Shown one piece after another: positions 35,758 to 45,114 of a stretch of 64,000 nucleotides of DNA. The notes under the pieces were generated by a model, which saw only the letters and a program-made list of their open reading frames with translations, did no database searches and had not been told where the DNA came from. Source of the stretch: an uncultured Lachnospiraceae bacterium (GTDB taxonomy: Bacteria > Bacillota > Clostridia > Lachnospirales > Lachnospiraceae); contig CANOZK010000006.1 of NCBI GenBank assembly GCA_947571775.1, positions 80,281 through 144,280 of the forward strand, in the 5' to 3' direction. Each line of letters starts with the position of its first letter. The first letter of the stretch is position 1. The position numbers and the translations under genes were made by a program.

Positions 35758-36439
35758 GATACCCCATCCCCTTCTTCGTATGTATAAAATCCGAAAGCCC
35801 CAGATCCGAAAGTTTTCGGCGCAGCCGGGCTACATTCACCGTCAGCGTATTCTCATCAATAAAGCTGTCCGTCTCCCAAAGGCGGGCCATCAGCGCATCC
35901 CGGCTGACTACCTTTCCCTTATTCTCCATTAATGTCTGCAAAATCCGATATTCATTCTTCGTCAGCTCGATTCGTTTCCCCTGATAACTCAAAGAAGTAT
36001 CTCCTGTGTTCAAAACCGCGCCTCTGTGCTCCATCCACTGAACCGGATTTCCAAAATCATAGGCCCGGCGCATCACAGCCTGTATCTTGGCCGTCAGCAC
36101 TTGCAGGTCAAAAGGCTTTGCAATAAAATCATCCGCCCCCATATTTACCGCCATCACAATGTTCATATTGTCTGAGGCGGAAGATAAAAAAATGACCGGA
36201 ACCTTGGACACCTCCCGAATCTTCCGGCACCAGTGAAATCCGTCATAAAACGGCAGGGAAATATCCATCAGCACCAGCTGCGGCTTCCATTCTAAGAATG
36301 CGCCCATAACATCCTGAAAATCTTTGGCGGCCTGCGCTTCGTATCCCCAGGAGGCCACATGGCTGCACACCTCGCCCGCAATCACCGGGTCGTCCTCTAC
36401 AATCAATATTTTATACGGTATCTTTCCTTCTAATCCCAT
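35747..36439 (-). CDS. OmpR-family response regulator
   Basis: The start is moved to ATG 36439 (MGLEGKIPYKILIVEDD), with RBS GAGAGGAA. It has a REC domain plus a winged-helix C-terminus (LTKNEYRILQTLM...RRKL). Confidence 0.88.
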   Translation of the reverse strand: MGLEGKIPYKILIVEDDPVIAGEVCSHVASWGYEAQAAKDFQDVMGAFLEWKPQLVLMDISLPFYDGFHWCRKIREVSKVPVIFLSSASDNMNIVMAVNMGADDFIAKPFDLQVLTAKIQAVMRRAYDFGNPVQWMEHRGAVLNTGDTSLSYQGKRIELTKNEYRILQTLMENKGKVVSRDALMARLWETDSFIDENTLTVNVARLRRKLSDLGLSDFIHTKKGMGYLVE

Positions 36440-36600
36440 TGTTTTTCCTCTCATTTCTTTTCTATTATAAACCGGAATAGACAATTGTGAAACCCCCATT
36501 CTGCTGCCAGAATCTCAATAATATTCTAAAAAAACTATTGCATCCATCTCCTGCCTGGTATAAAATTTAGATATAAAAGTATTAGGAGGTATGATCGAAT

Positions 36601-37005
36601 ATGGCTTATCAATTTACAAAAGATTTGGAAACCGGGAACGCCACCATTGATTCCGAACACCGGCAACTGATTCAGGCTGTCAACGATCTTCTGGCTGCCT
36701 GTTCCCATGGCAAAGGCAGGGCAGAACTGGAAAAGACCACCCGCTTCCTGTCTGACTACACGGCTAAACATTTTGCCCATGAAGAAATGCTGCAAAAACA
36801 GAGCAAATATCCAGATTATATCAACCACCGCAGACTTCATGAGGAATTCAAAAAAGTGGTAGCCAATCTGCTGCGCCGCCTGGAACAACAAGGTCCCACT
36901 GTGGCTTTGGTAGGAGAGGTAAACACCACTATCGGCGGATGGCTGGTCAAACACATCAAACAGGAAGACACCAAATTAGCCGCCTACTTAAAATCCAATT
37001 CTTAG
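36601..37005 (+). CDS. hemerythrin-like metal-binding protein
   Basis: 134 aa with the motifs TGNATIDSEHRQL, HFAHEE and H.EF..WL..HI typical of bacteriohemerythrin. RBS AGGAGG. Confidence 0.85.
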   Translation: MAYQFTKDLETGNATIDSEHRQLIQAVNDLLAACSHGKGRAELEKTTRFLSDYTAKHFAHEEMLQKQSKYPDYINHRRLHEEFKKVVANLLRRLEQQGPTVALVGEVNTTIGGWLVKHIKQEDTKLAAYLKSNS

Positions 37006-37096
37006 AATACGTTTGAAAACGCAATCTCATACATACGGGAAAGGCAGATTCATCCCGTAATCTACCTTTCCCTTTCATTGTGTTCATCCTCTTTTT

Positions 37097-39163
37097 TTAA
37101 AAATCACTCATGTCCGGCATCCGATCCCTGCGAATTACACAAACAACTTCTCTGTTATATCCTTTTTCTTCTAAAAGAATCTCCGCACGAAGTTCATAAT
37201 CATAAGTGCTGATCAGACCATTGTTACATCCATCGCTGATCAGACAGGGCAGCAATTCCTCTATCTTTGCCCGATCCGTGATCTTCTTTTCCTCTTCTTC
37301 ATCCCCCTGGAAATCATACAGGGTAATAGATTTGATCGCTTCCGGCTGGAACGTTTCCGGCAATTCCACATTCTGAGTTTTCAGCATCGCCAGAGTCTTG
37401 GTAAAAGAAGGATAAATATAATATGGTGTATCTCCAATGACCCGCGCCTCATCCCAGGTCATCTCCCCGTTTTCGTAGTTGATTGTCAAATCCAGACATC
37501 CGATAGGCACCTCCTCGGTAACAGTTTTCTGATCCATCTGCATCAGTTCCCCGCGGAACGTCTTCAGAAAATCTACCCTTGCCTCGTTGCTGCCTGCAAA
37601 TAACTGAGAAATATTTCCCATAATGGAAGTCACTTGCACCGATTGAATTCTTTTTTCCAGATCCGCCTCTGCCATCGTTGTCAAAGGATAGATTATTTTC
37701 TTATAATCTGGACTGTCATATAGGGCCAAAAGCCGCTGTTCAAACTGGCTGTAATCCACATAATAAACCCGATTGGCAGTCCGGCCGCCGTTCAAGCCGT
37801 ATTCCACCTCGACTCCGTGAATCTGTTCCACCTTCTCACCATTTTGATCCCTATGCACCCAGCCGTCACTGCTCTGAATGCTCTGTAATCGGTTTTGCAC
37901 AACTTCTTGCAGCATTTCATATACCTGCGGATCTTGGGCCAGTTTTTCCATGGAAGCGATCTTCTCCTGATTATAGGCGGCCTCCTCCTCTCTCCCGCCA
38001 TAATTTTTCTCGCTGCTTTGAATCCTGAGCGTTTTGAGTTCTTCCTGCTTGGGAAAGAATGCATCGTATCCAAATATATCTCCATAAAAGCTTCCGATCA
38101 CTAGCAAAGCAGTCACAATGGACGCGCCCATCATCCAGGTATGCGCCATCACCCGGCGGATATCCCCCTCATAAATGACTTCCATAATACCATGACTCAG
38201 CGCGCCTCCTAGCACAATCCCAAACACCATCCATCCTAAAGATGCATGTTCCGTAATGCTGTAAAAAAGCATTCCCGAACCCAGAATCACTAGTACCTCC
38301 ATCAGATACTGAATCAGCCTTCCCAGTCCGGGAAAAGCCATGCTGCGGCCCGCCGCCTCGGAGGCACGTCTTTTGTATAGAAAGAAACAAAGCACTGCCA
38401 GCGCCGCCACGGCCAGGATCCCCACCCCCCAGACCTTTCCAGGAATAGACCAGGAATTGTTTGGCATATACGTAAAATAAGCAATAATCGGAGACAGTCC
38501 GTAAAGGATTTTGCTAAAGAAAAAATCGTTTGTGATGTAGGTGTCAAAAAAGCTGGTCGCCATGCCCTGCAAGAGCAGATCCAGAACCGGCCCATAGAAA
38601 CAAAGCACCACCGAACCCAGACAGCCGAGCAGGATTTTTCCGGTCAGCAGCATAGCCAGCACCACCACCAGATAGATCATCAAATAAAACAAAAGATGGT
38701 AACAAAAGGTCTGCAAAGACAACCGAACCATACTTCCCCGGAAAATCCCATGCACCATGCCGACTACATAGGCCAGCAGCAGATTGACCAGATAGGGCAC
38801 CACATAATAAGCAATCCCCAGAAACACCTGGTTTACAAATAGCTTCTCCCTGCGGATCGGCAGGCTGTGGTAAAAATCCGTCTTTACCCTAGAGTGAAGC
38901 CAGGAAAAACTGTTGACCCCTGTCAAAACGGCACCGCCCAGGGTCATCATTGTCACAAGTGACATCCCTGTACCTGCCAGGAAACGGGTATAGTCAAGGA
39001 TGATATCTGCCTCCGCCCGCCCATTTGTCTGTATGATTTCCAGGTAAACCATGCCCGCAATAGGCATACTCAGGAAAAATCCCAGAAAAATCAGAACCGG
39101 AACCCAGATCTGCTTTTTCATCGTTTCCATTAAAATGTTAAAAGATAAGATCCTTGACTTCAT
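37097..39163 (-). CDS. putative ABC transporter permease with a large C-terminal non-membrane domain
   Basis: 688 aa. RBS GGAGGTG lies 7 nt before ATG 39163. About 10 hydrophobic segments fill the first 350 aa, followed by a 330-aa hydrophilic domain. It is translationally coupled to the upstream ATPase by a 26-nt overlap. I recognise no family motif. Confidence 0.6.
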   Translation of the reverse strand: MKSRILSFNILMETMKKQIWVPVLIFLGFFLSMPIAGMVYLEIIQTNGRAEADIILDYTRFLAGTGMSLVTMMTLGGAVLTGVNSFSWLHSRVKTDFYHSLPIRREKLFVNQVFLGIAYYVVPYLVNLLLAYVVGMVHGIFRGSMVRLSLQTFCYHLLFYLMIYLVVVLAMLLTGKILLGCLGSVVLCFYGPVLDLLLQGMATSFFDTYITNDFFFSKILYGLSPIIAYFTYMPNNSWSIPGKVWGVGILAVAALAVLCFFLYKRRASEAAGRSMAFPGLGRLIQYLMEVLVILGSGMLFYSITEHASLGWMVFGIVLGGALSHGIMEVIYEGDIRRVMAHTWMMGASIVTALLVIGSFYGDIFGYDAFFPKQEELKTLRIQSSEKNYGGREEEAAYNQEKIASMEKLAQDPQVYEMLQEVVQNRLQSIQSSDGWVHRDQNGEKVEQIHGVEVEYGLNGGRTANRVYYVDYSQFEQRLLALYDSPDYKKIIYPLTTMAEADLEKRIQSVQVTSIMGNISQLFAGSNEARVDFLKTFRGELMQMDQKTVTEEVPIGCLDLTINYENGEMTWDEARVIGDTPYYIYPSFTKTLAMLKTQNVELPETFQPEAIKSITLYDFQGDEEEEKKITDRAKIEELLPCLISDGCNNGLISTYDYELRAEILLEEKGYNREVVCVIRRDRMPDMSDF

Positions 39164-40040
39164 AGCCAGCCACCTCCGTTTCGCTGATAAATATTTCTTC
39201 CAGGGTCAAGGGGATAATCTCGCAGAACAGGGGATTTTTCTCCTGGATGCATTTCAAAATCTCTGACCTGGTTCCCCGTGCGGTCACCATCAAAAGGGAA
39301 CCTTGATGGTCACAGCGTATCACTTCCAGCTCTTCTAAAAGCTGTTTCTCCTGCCCCTCCTCTGGAATCACACACTGTACCTTGTGCAGATGCAGTTTCA
39401 TATCCTCCAGATTTTCTGACAGGAGGATTCCGCCCTTATGCAGAAGCCCCACGTTTTCGCAGACATCCTCAAGCTCCCGTAAATTGTGGGAAGCGATCAC
39501 TGGGGTAAATTCCCGTTCCATAATCTCTGTGGCGAACATCCCTTTTACCGCCTGGCGCATCACTGGGTCCAGGCCGTCAAATGTTTCGTCGCACAGCAGA
39601 TATTTGGTGTTTGCGCTGATTCCCAGAATCGCGCTTAACTGCTTCTTCATTCCTTTTGAAAATGTCCGAACTTTCCGGTCTTTTTTCAGGCCGAACCGCT
39701 CCAGAAGCTGGTAAAACCGTCCAGTATCGAATTTTGGGTAAAACTGCTGGTAATAATGCTGCATGTCTTTGGGAGTGCCGTTGGCAAAGAAATAGCTGTC
39801 ATCGGAGATATAAAAGATTTCCCGTTTGGTACTCTCGTTCTCAAAAACCGGCTGTCCGTCCACGGTAATGCTTCCCTCGTCCTGCTTCAAAATCCCGCAA
39901 AGCATCCGCAGCAGGGTACTTTTGCCCGCCCCATTCGTCCCCACCAGCCCAAAAACCTCCCCCTGGCGGATTTCCAGGGACAGGCTGCTGACCGCCTGCA
40001 CATCATCAAACTTTTTGCTGACGCCTATTGTCTGTATCAT
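39138..40040 (-). CDS. ABC transporter ATP-binding protein
   Basis: 300 aa with Walker A GTNGAGKST, signature FSKGMKKQL and Walker B YLLCDETFDGLD. There is an ATGA overlap with the GntR gene. Confidence 0.88.
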   Translation of the reverse strand: MIQTIGVSKKFDDVQAVSSLSLEIRQGEVFGLVGTNGAGKSTLLRMLCGILKQDEGSITVDGQPVFENESTKREIFYISDDSYFFANGTPKDMQHYYQQFYPKFDTGRFYQLLERFGLKKDRKVRTFSKGMKKQLSAILGISANTKYLLCDETFDGLDPVMRQAVKGMFATEIMEREFTPVIASHNLRELEDVCENVGLLHKGGILLSENLEDMKLHLHKVQCVIPEEGQEKQLLEELEVIRCDHQGSLLMVTARGTRSEILKCIQEKNPLFCEIIPLTLEEIFISETEVAGYEVKDLIF

Positions 40041-40408
40041 ATGGCTTCCTCCTTATAATAATCATCGGCAGTCTTTAGAAATTGCTCCCTGGAAATCCCA
40101 TAAGTCCTGCCTTTCTTGATCAAATCCCGAAGCTCCGCAAAAAACATCTCTCTTTTCCTGTCTGCGGCGTCCAGATTGGGAGAAACAAAATTTCCTCTGC
40201 CTTTCACCGGATAAATCAGCCCCTCCTGCTCTAACTGGGCGTAAGCCCTCTGGATGGTGTTGGGGTTGATGGATAAATCCAATGCAAGCCTCCGCACCGA
40301 CGGAAGCTGACTATCCGGCAGAAGCGCCCCGCTGAGAATCAACGCCTGGAATTTTTCCACAACCTGCTCATAAATGGGTCTTCGATCTTGATAATCCAGT
40401 ATAATCAT
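40037..40408 (-). CDS. GntR-family transcriptional regulator, short YtrA-like subtype
   Basis: The start is moved to ATG 40408 (MIILDYQDRRPIYEQVVEKF), with RBS AAGAAGG. It has the winged HTH LPSVRRLALDLSINPNTIQRAY and only about 50 aa after the DNA-binding domain. Confidence 0.85.
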   Translation of the reverse strand: MIILDYQDRRPIYEQVVEKFQALILSGALLPDSQLPSVRRLALDLSINPNTIQRAYAQLEQEGLIYPVKGRGNFVSPNLDAADRKREMFFAELRDLIKKGRTYGISREQFLKTADDYYKEEAI

Positions 40409-40447
40409 CCACATACCTTCTTTCTGCATACTGTATTAACTGTATCG

Positions 40448-40502
40448 ACTGTATTATTAGTATTAATACAGTTATTATAAGAAAAAACTGCCTGTCTGTC
40501 AA
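40448..40502 (-). promoter_or_regulatory. candidate promoter plus operator of the GntR-ABC operon
   Basis: The minus strand reads TTGACA (40497-40502), 17 nt, TATAAT (40474-40479). Immediately downstream is a perfect inverted repeat, ACTGTATTA-N7-TAATACAGT (40448-40472). Two further direct ACTGTAT copies lie at 40430-40446. Confidence 0.5.
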
Positions 40503-40512
40503 GCAGTTTTTT
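40482..40512 (-). terminator. intrinsic terminator of the MacB-type operon
   Basis: AAAAAACTGC and GCAGTTTTTT form the stem with an 11-nt loop, and a T-run follows on the minus strand. It overlaps the -35 of the next operon. Confidence 0.55.
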
Positions 40513-40522
40513 CCAACATTTA

Positions 40523-41746
40523 TCAATTTCTTCTCAACGCTTCGATAGGGCTTAGTTTCGCCGCCTTGCGCGCTGGGTACAATCCGAAGAAAATCCCGAT
40601 GCCCGAAGAAAACAAAGTCGCAAACAAAATGGTTGACACATGGATTCCCGGCGGGAACCCCAACGTGGGCACCGAACAGATGGCATGAGCAAGCCCAATC
40701 CCGATGACCACTCCGATCAGCCCGCCAATACAGGAAATAATCGCCGATTCCGCCAGGAATTGCAGCGTGATAGAGGACGTTTTCGCTCCAAGAGATTTTC
40801 GGATGCCAATCTCTCTGGTACGCTCCGTCACCGATACCAGCATGATGTTCATGACGCCGATTCCCCCTACCAGCAGGGAAATTCCCGCCACAAAAGAGAT
40901 AAACCCAGTGATCATGCCTAACATACTGTTTACCTGTCCCACCTGGTCGTTATAGTCCTGCATCTGGTAATACTCTTCCCCCTGGCTGTAATGCCGTCGG
41001 TTCAAAAGCTGCAAAGCATTCTGCGCCACAACGCCAGACTCCACTGTACCGTCTGTGGTCACATAGAAGCTGTAAATACTTTCCGACGTCTCCCAGCCAA
41101 ACGCCTCAAAAGCCGTGTAGGGCATTTCCAGGGAAATCGAATCCCCTGCATAGTCATAGCTGACCATGTTGTCCTCATTCTTGCTTTCTGAGATGCCGAT
41201 GATCGTCATATCCACAGTATTATTATAAAGGCTTACCTCCAGATTCATTCCCAGAATGTCCTCAGTGCCAAAAGCTTTCAGCGCATCTTTTTTTCGGATT
41301 ACACATACATGGCTGCCTGTGGAAATATCGCCCTTATTATAATAACGCCCGGACACGATCTTAATCCCGGATATTTCCTCCTGGGCTGTCCCTCCGCCCC
41401 GAAGGGTGACGTCAAAGGTTCCTTTGGGTGCCAGGGTCGTTCCTGTTTCCATATAATCTGGACTGGTGCCGGAAACCCCTTCCAGTTCTTCTATGGTCTC
41501 CATATCCTCTGAGTTTAAGTATTCATCATTTTTCTGGCCCTCGCTATTCGTATAGATATAGATCTGACCTCCGGCAAACGCAGCAAGCTGCTCGTTCATT
41601 TCTTCTTCAAACCCGTTTCCGACTCCCATAATGGTGATAACTGATGAAATACCGATGATAATGCCAAGCATAGTCAGAAACGAACGGCCCTTGTTGGCGC
41701 GGATATTAGACAGCGCCATTTTAATGTACTCAAGTATTTGGCCCAT
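40523..41746 (-). CDS. MacB/FtsX-type ABC transporter permease
   Basis: The start is moved to ATG 41746 (MGQILEYIKMALSNIRANKGRSFLTMLGIIIG), with RBS AGGAGG 6 nt upstream. It has a large extracytoplasmic loop and a C-terminal FtsX-type helix bundle (TREIGIRKSLGA). Confidence 0.85.
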   Translation of the reverse strand: MGQILEYIKMALSNIRANKGRSFLTMLGIIIGISSVITIMGVGNGFEEEMNEQLAAFAGGQIYIYTNSEGQKNDEYLNSEDMETIEELEGVSGTSPDYMETGTTLAPKGTFDVTLRGGGTAQEEISGIKIVSGRYYNKGDISTGSHVCVIRKKDALKAFGTEDILGMNLEVSLYNNTVDMTIIGISESKNEDNMVSYDYAGDSISLEMPYTAFEAFGWETSESIYSFYVTTDGTVESGVVAQNALQLLNRRHYSQGEEYYQMQDYNDQVGQVNSMLGMITGFISFVAGISLLVGGIGVMNIMLVSVTERTREIGIRKSLGAKTSSITLQFLAESAIISCIGGLIGVVIGIGLAHAICSVPTLGFPPGIHVSTILFATLFSSGIGIFFGLYPARKAAKLSPIEALRRN

Positions 41747-43502
41747 TGATTTCCTCCTGTCCGTCTTCTGCCGGAATGCTTTTGGCTTCACTTCCCTCCA
41801 TCATACCCTCTGGAAGCTGAGGAATCACCAGCTCACCTTCTTTTAGCCCTTTCTGAATCTCCGTCTCGGTATCGGAACTGATTCCGGCTGTAATATCCCT
41901 GCGGGCAATCACTCCATCTTCGAGCACATAGCAGAATGTACTGTCTTTACCTGTATTGACTGCCTCCACTGGAACGGTCAGCACATTTTTCTCCGATCCA
42001 GTGAGAATGGAAGCCTTCGCCTCCACGCCCAGGAAAATATCATCATCTGGGTTGTCAATATTGACTTCACAGGTAATGATCGGCGCCCCCTTTTCGTTCT
42101 GCTGCGCTACCCGGCTGATATCTCCCACCGTTCCCTCATAAGTTTTGTTCGCGACGGTGATCTGCGCTTTCTGTCCTTCTTTTAACTTGTTGTAATCGTA
42201 TTTGGAAACCGTCACTTCCACAGCCACATCATCGCTGCTGGCAATGCTGACTAGCTCCATGCCCTGAGCAGCCTCTGCCCCTGGGAAAAGCTCCGCCTTT
42301 GTGATAATGCCATTAAATTCTGCCTTGATTCCCCTGCGCCCTTTTTCCAGAAGTTCTTCCAGGGACGCCGATTCCAGCTCGGCCAGGTTGTTGTTGTCCT
42401 CTATGACCTTCTTGCCGGCCCGGGTGATTTCCACGGCATCTGCGGCATCCACCTTTGCCTCCTCAGCGGCCAGATCCGACTGCAGCTCCGCCAGGGTTGT
42501 CTGGGCGTTTTCCAGATCTAACTGCCACTGGGACAATTGCGCATCCGCCGCGGCTCCCGCCGTATCTATCTTATCCACAGGCACAGAACTCGCTGCTGCG
42601 GCGGCGGTCAGTTTCTCCAGCATCTTCTGGATATCTGCGGATGAGACATTTGCATAATCTCCCAATTGATTTTCCAATTGAGCAATCAGCACTTGGTTGG
42701 TTTTGATGGCTTTGGTTTTTTTCTTGATCTGCGAAGCGATGGTTTCCGCTGTATTCGTATCCCCGTCAAACTCGGCTCGTGACTGGATGATGGCCAGGCC
42801 GTCAATCTCCGCCTGATAGCTCTCGTTTTGGGAAACCAGGCTTTCCTTTTGCGCGGCAAACTCCACGGCACGGCTCAGCGTCGCCATTTCCTGCGACGAA
42901 TCCTCCTGATAGTCCTGCTCATCCACTTCCACATCTGATTCCTGCTGGGCAAGCTGAAGCGTCCGATCGCTGATCGATTGTTTCAGACTGTTGATAAAGT
43001 CTTTATAACGCTTGATATCCCCTTCAAGGATCTGCACATTTCCTCTGGCAGCCTCCGCTTCCGCCCATGTCTGATAAGCTTTATCCATGGTGTCCTGGTT
43101 CGTATTGACTGTGACGGATCGATTCAGATTTCCCTTTTGGTTGTCTCTTTCCAGAGAATTTGTTTCAAAGCTGACCAATGTAGTACCCACGGTTACCATC
43201 TGCCCAGTTTTGGCAGTATAATCTTTTACCGTTGCATTGACTGGTGAATAATAAGTCTTGGTTTTGAGACTTTTTACCGTGCCGCTCACTTCCAGATAAG
43301 CGGCCACATCCCCTTTTCCTACGGTCTGCGTGGCTACCGTAGGTGTCATATCGGTCTGTGTCATTTTTGGCAGCATCATCAGGGCAACCATGGACAGAAT
43401 CGCCAGAACACCGATGATTACGGTGATAATCCTTCCCTGCCTTCTTCTCTGCTGTGGTGTTTTTCTTCCTTTGGGACGTTTTGGTGTCTTACTCCTGAGC
43501 AT
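41730..43502 (-). CDS. HlyD/efflux-adaptor family protein with a long coiled coil
   Basis: The preferred start is ATG 43502 (MLRSKTPKRP...), preceded by GAGGGGGAAGAG; the track starts at 43532. It has an N-terminal TM (IITVIIGVLAILSMVALMML), a biotinyl/lipoyl-like segment, about 250 aa of coiled coil, and beta-barrel motifs near the C-terminus. Confidence 0.8.
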   Translation of the reverse strand: MLRSKTPKRPKGRKTPQQRRRQGRIITVIIGVLAILSMVALMMLPKMTQTDMTPTVATQTVGKGDVAAYLEVSGTVKSLKTKTYYSPVNATVKDYTAKTGQMVTVGTTLVSFETNSLERDNQKGNLNRSVTVNTNQDTMDKAYQTWAEAEAARGNVQILEGDIKRYKDFINSLKQSISDRTLQLAQQESDVEVDEQDYQEDSSQEMATLSRAVEFAAQKESLVSQNESYQAEIDGLAIIQSRAEFDGDTNTAETIASQIKKKTKAIKTNQVLIAQLENQLGDYANVSSADIQKMLEKLTAAAAASSVPVDKIDTAGAAADAQLSQWQLDLENAQTTLAELQSDLAAEEAKVDAADAVEITRAGKKVIEDNNNLAELESASLEELLEKGRRGIKAEFNGIITKAELFPGAEAAQGMELVSIASSDDVAVEVTVSKYDYNKLKEGQKAQITVANKTYEGTVGDISRVAQQNEKGAPIITCEVNIDNPDDDIFLGVEAKASILTGSEKNVLTVPVEAVNTGKDSTFCYVLEDGVIARRDITAGISSDTETEIQKGLKEGELVIPQLPEGMMEGSEAKSIPAEDGQEEINGPNT

Positions 43503-44211
43503 AGGTCTCTTCCCCCTCTTCATAATTTTCATTGATCACATCTTCTACGATTTTTCCGTCCATAATCCGTATAATTCTGCGCGCCCGGTCAGCAATCTCA
43601 TCGTCATGGGTGATCAGGATGACGGTGCGCCCTTCCCTATGTAAACCTCTGAGGATTCCCATAATTTCCTGTGTGGATTTGGAATCCAGATTTCCGGTAG
43701 GCTCGTCGGCCAGTATCACTGGCGGTCGGGCTGCGATGGCCCTTGCAATGGCCACTCTCTGCTGCTGCCCGCCGGACATCTCCGAAGGCTTATGTGTCAT
43801 TCGTTTTTCCAGCCCTACCATACGCAGGGCTTCCTCTGCCAGCTCCCGCCGTTCCCATCGATCCACGCCCCGGTAGACCAGGGGCAGTTCCACATTGGCG
43901 ATAGCGTTGAGATTTCCAATCAGGTTAAATCCCTGAAAAATAAATCCAATCTCAACATTGCGAATAGCAGAAAGCTCATTGTCTGTCATGTAAGAAACAT
44001 CCTGGCCGTGAAGCAGGTATCTGCCCCTTGTGGGCACATCCAGACATCCCAGCATATTCATCAGGGTGGATTTCCCGGAACCAGAATGTCCGATAATCGC
44101 TACATATTCCCCTTCCTCCACCTCCAGATTCACATGGTTCAAGGCCCAGACTTCATTTTCTCCCGGATTGTAGATCTTACACATATCCTGAATTTCAATT
44201 AGTTTCTCCAT
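43489..44211 (-). CDS. MacB-type ABC transporter ATP-binding protein
   Basis: The start is moved to ATG 44211 (MEKLIEIQDMCKIY). It has Walker A GHSGSGKST, signature MSGGQQQRVAIARA and Walker B ILADEPTGNLD. Confidence 0.9.
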   Translation of the reverse strand: MEKLIEIQDMCKIYNPGENEVWALNHVNLEVEEGEYVAIIGHSGSGKSTLMNMLGCLDVPTRGRYLLHGQDVSYMTDNELSAIRNVEIGFIFQGFNLIGNLNAIANVELPLVYRGVDRWERRELAEEALRMVGLEKRMTHKPSEMSGGQQQRVAIARAIAARPPVILADEPTGNLDSKSTQEIMGILRGLHREGRTVILITHDDEIADRARRIIRIMDGKIVEDVINENYEEGEETYAQE

Positions 44212-44312
44212 ATGGCCCTCCACAAGTATTTCTGTTTTTGTACTGCTTAATTAATACAATAATACATATCATTTTGTTTGTCAATACATTTCTTATTTTA
44301 ACTCCATTGCAT

Positions 44313-44345
44313 AAAAAAGGGAAGCTGTTTGCCTCCCTTTTTTTC
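44313..44345. terminator. hairpin with flanking A- and T-runs (bidirectional terminator candidate)
   Basis: The sequence reads AAAAAA-GGGAAGC-TGTTT-GCCTCCC-TTTTTTT. The stem is 7 bp including one G-U pair when read on the minus strand. Confidence 0.55.
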
Positions 44346-44535
44346 TTACATTTTCGTAAGAATTGACGATGATTTTATGTGATAAAGTTTGTAATCCTCG
44401 CTCTTTTCAACCCGAGCGCCCGCAACTATATGGCAGCGGTTTTCTTGTATAAAAATGTAACAGCTCAGAACTTTTCACTGTTCCGAATTGTTACTGGCAT
44501 GTCTCTAAAAAAACTGTATCCGACAAAATTTTGTC

Positions 44536-45114
44536 TCAGGCTCGAATATCTATCCCTTTTGCTCCCTGCGCTTTTCCTGACACCATAGAAGTGATGCTTT
44601 CATCTGCAAAAATTTCGTCCAGCAGCCCTTCTGGGATCGCTTTTCCAGCAGTCCAGCCGGGGACTTTTTCCTTAATGGCGCTGGAAACCTTGTTCGAGAT
44701 TCCCAGATGAAGCTGATTTAACGTCCAGGCTGCGGACAAACGGTCTTCCCTTTTTAATGTTTTAAAATACTCATTATTTTTGCGGTAATAGGCATCCCAT
44801 TCCGCCTCGTTATCCCCTGACATCCCATTATATTTGTAATAGCCCAATTTCACATCTTCCAGGACGTGATTTTTCATCTCATCCGATACCGGGATGATTT
44901 TTTTGTAATCGCTTCTGCCTGTCACACACATTCCTTCCACGCCGTAAGAATTTTTATAATGCCCAGAAAGAAGATCTTCCAGGGTATTGCGGCCTCCGGC
45001 GTTTGAGCGCTTTGCGGACGTCCCGCTGCCAAAAGGCATACTGATATTTGTCTGCTTCCCGTTGATTCTTGAAAAAAGCTGCATCATTCCTAGATAATTG
45101 TTCCCTATACGCAT
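44536..45114 (-). CDS. hypothetical protein (192 aa)
   Basis: The start is moved to ATG 45114 (MRIGNNYLGMMQLF), with RBS GGGAGGGA. It overlaps the upstream ORF stop by 10 nt. I recognise no motif. Confidence 0.55.
   Translation of the reverse strand: MRIGNNYLGMMQLFSRINGKQTNISMPFGSGTSAKRSNAGGRNTLEDLLSGHYKNSYGVEGMCVTGRSDYKKIIPVSDEMKNHVLEDVKLGYYKYNGMSGDNEAEWDAYYRKNNEYFKTLKREDRLSAAWTLNQLHLGISNKVSSAIKEKVPGWTAGKAIPEGLLDEIFADESITSMVSGKAQGAKGIDIRA

Noticed and set aside
37097-39163. The 688-aa permease as a BceB-type partner of the intramembrane-sensing kinase
   Set aside because: It has no FtsX-type helix pattern and no large extracellular loop between TM7 and TM8. Instead it has an N-terminal TM bundle and a long hydrophilic C-terminal domain. 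It is also under a GntR regulator, so the BceAB analogy is not supported.
44379-44588. A 69-aa plus-strand ORF in the spacer downstream of the hypothetical gene pair
   Set aside because: It has no RBS, its composition looks like random AT-rich translation, and its end overlaps the convergent 192-aa gene.
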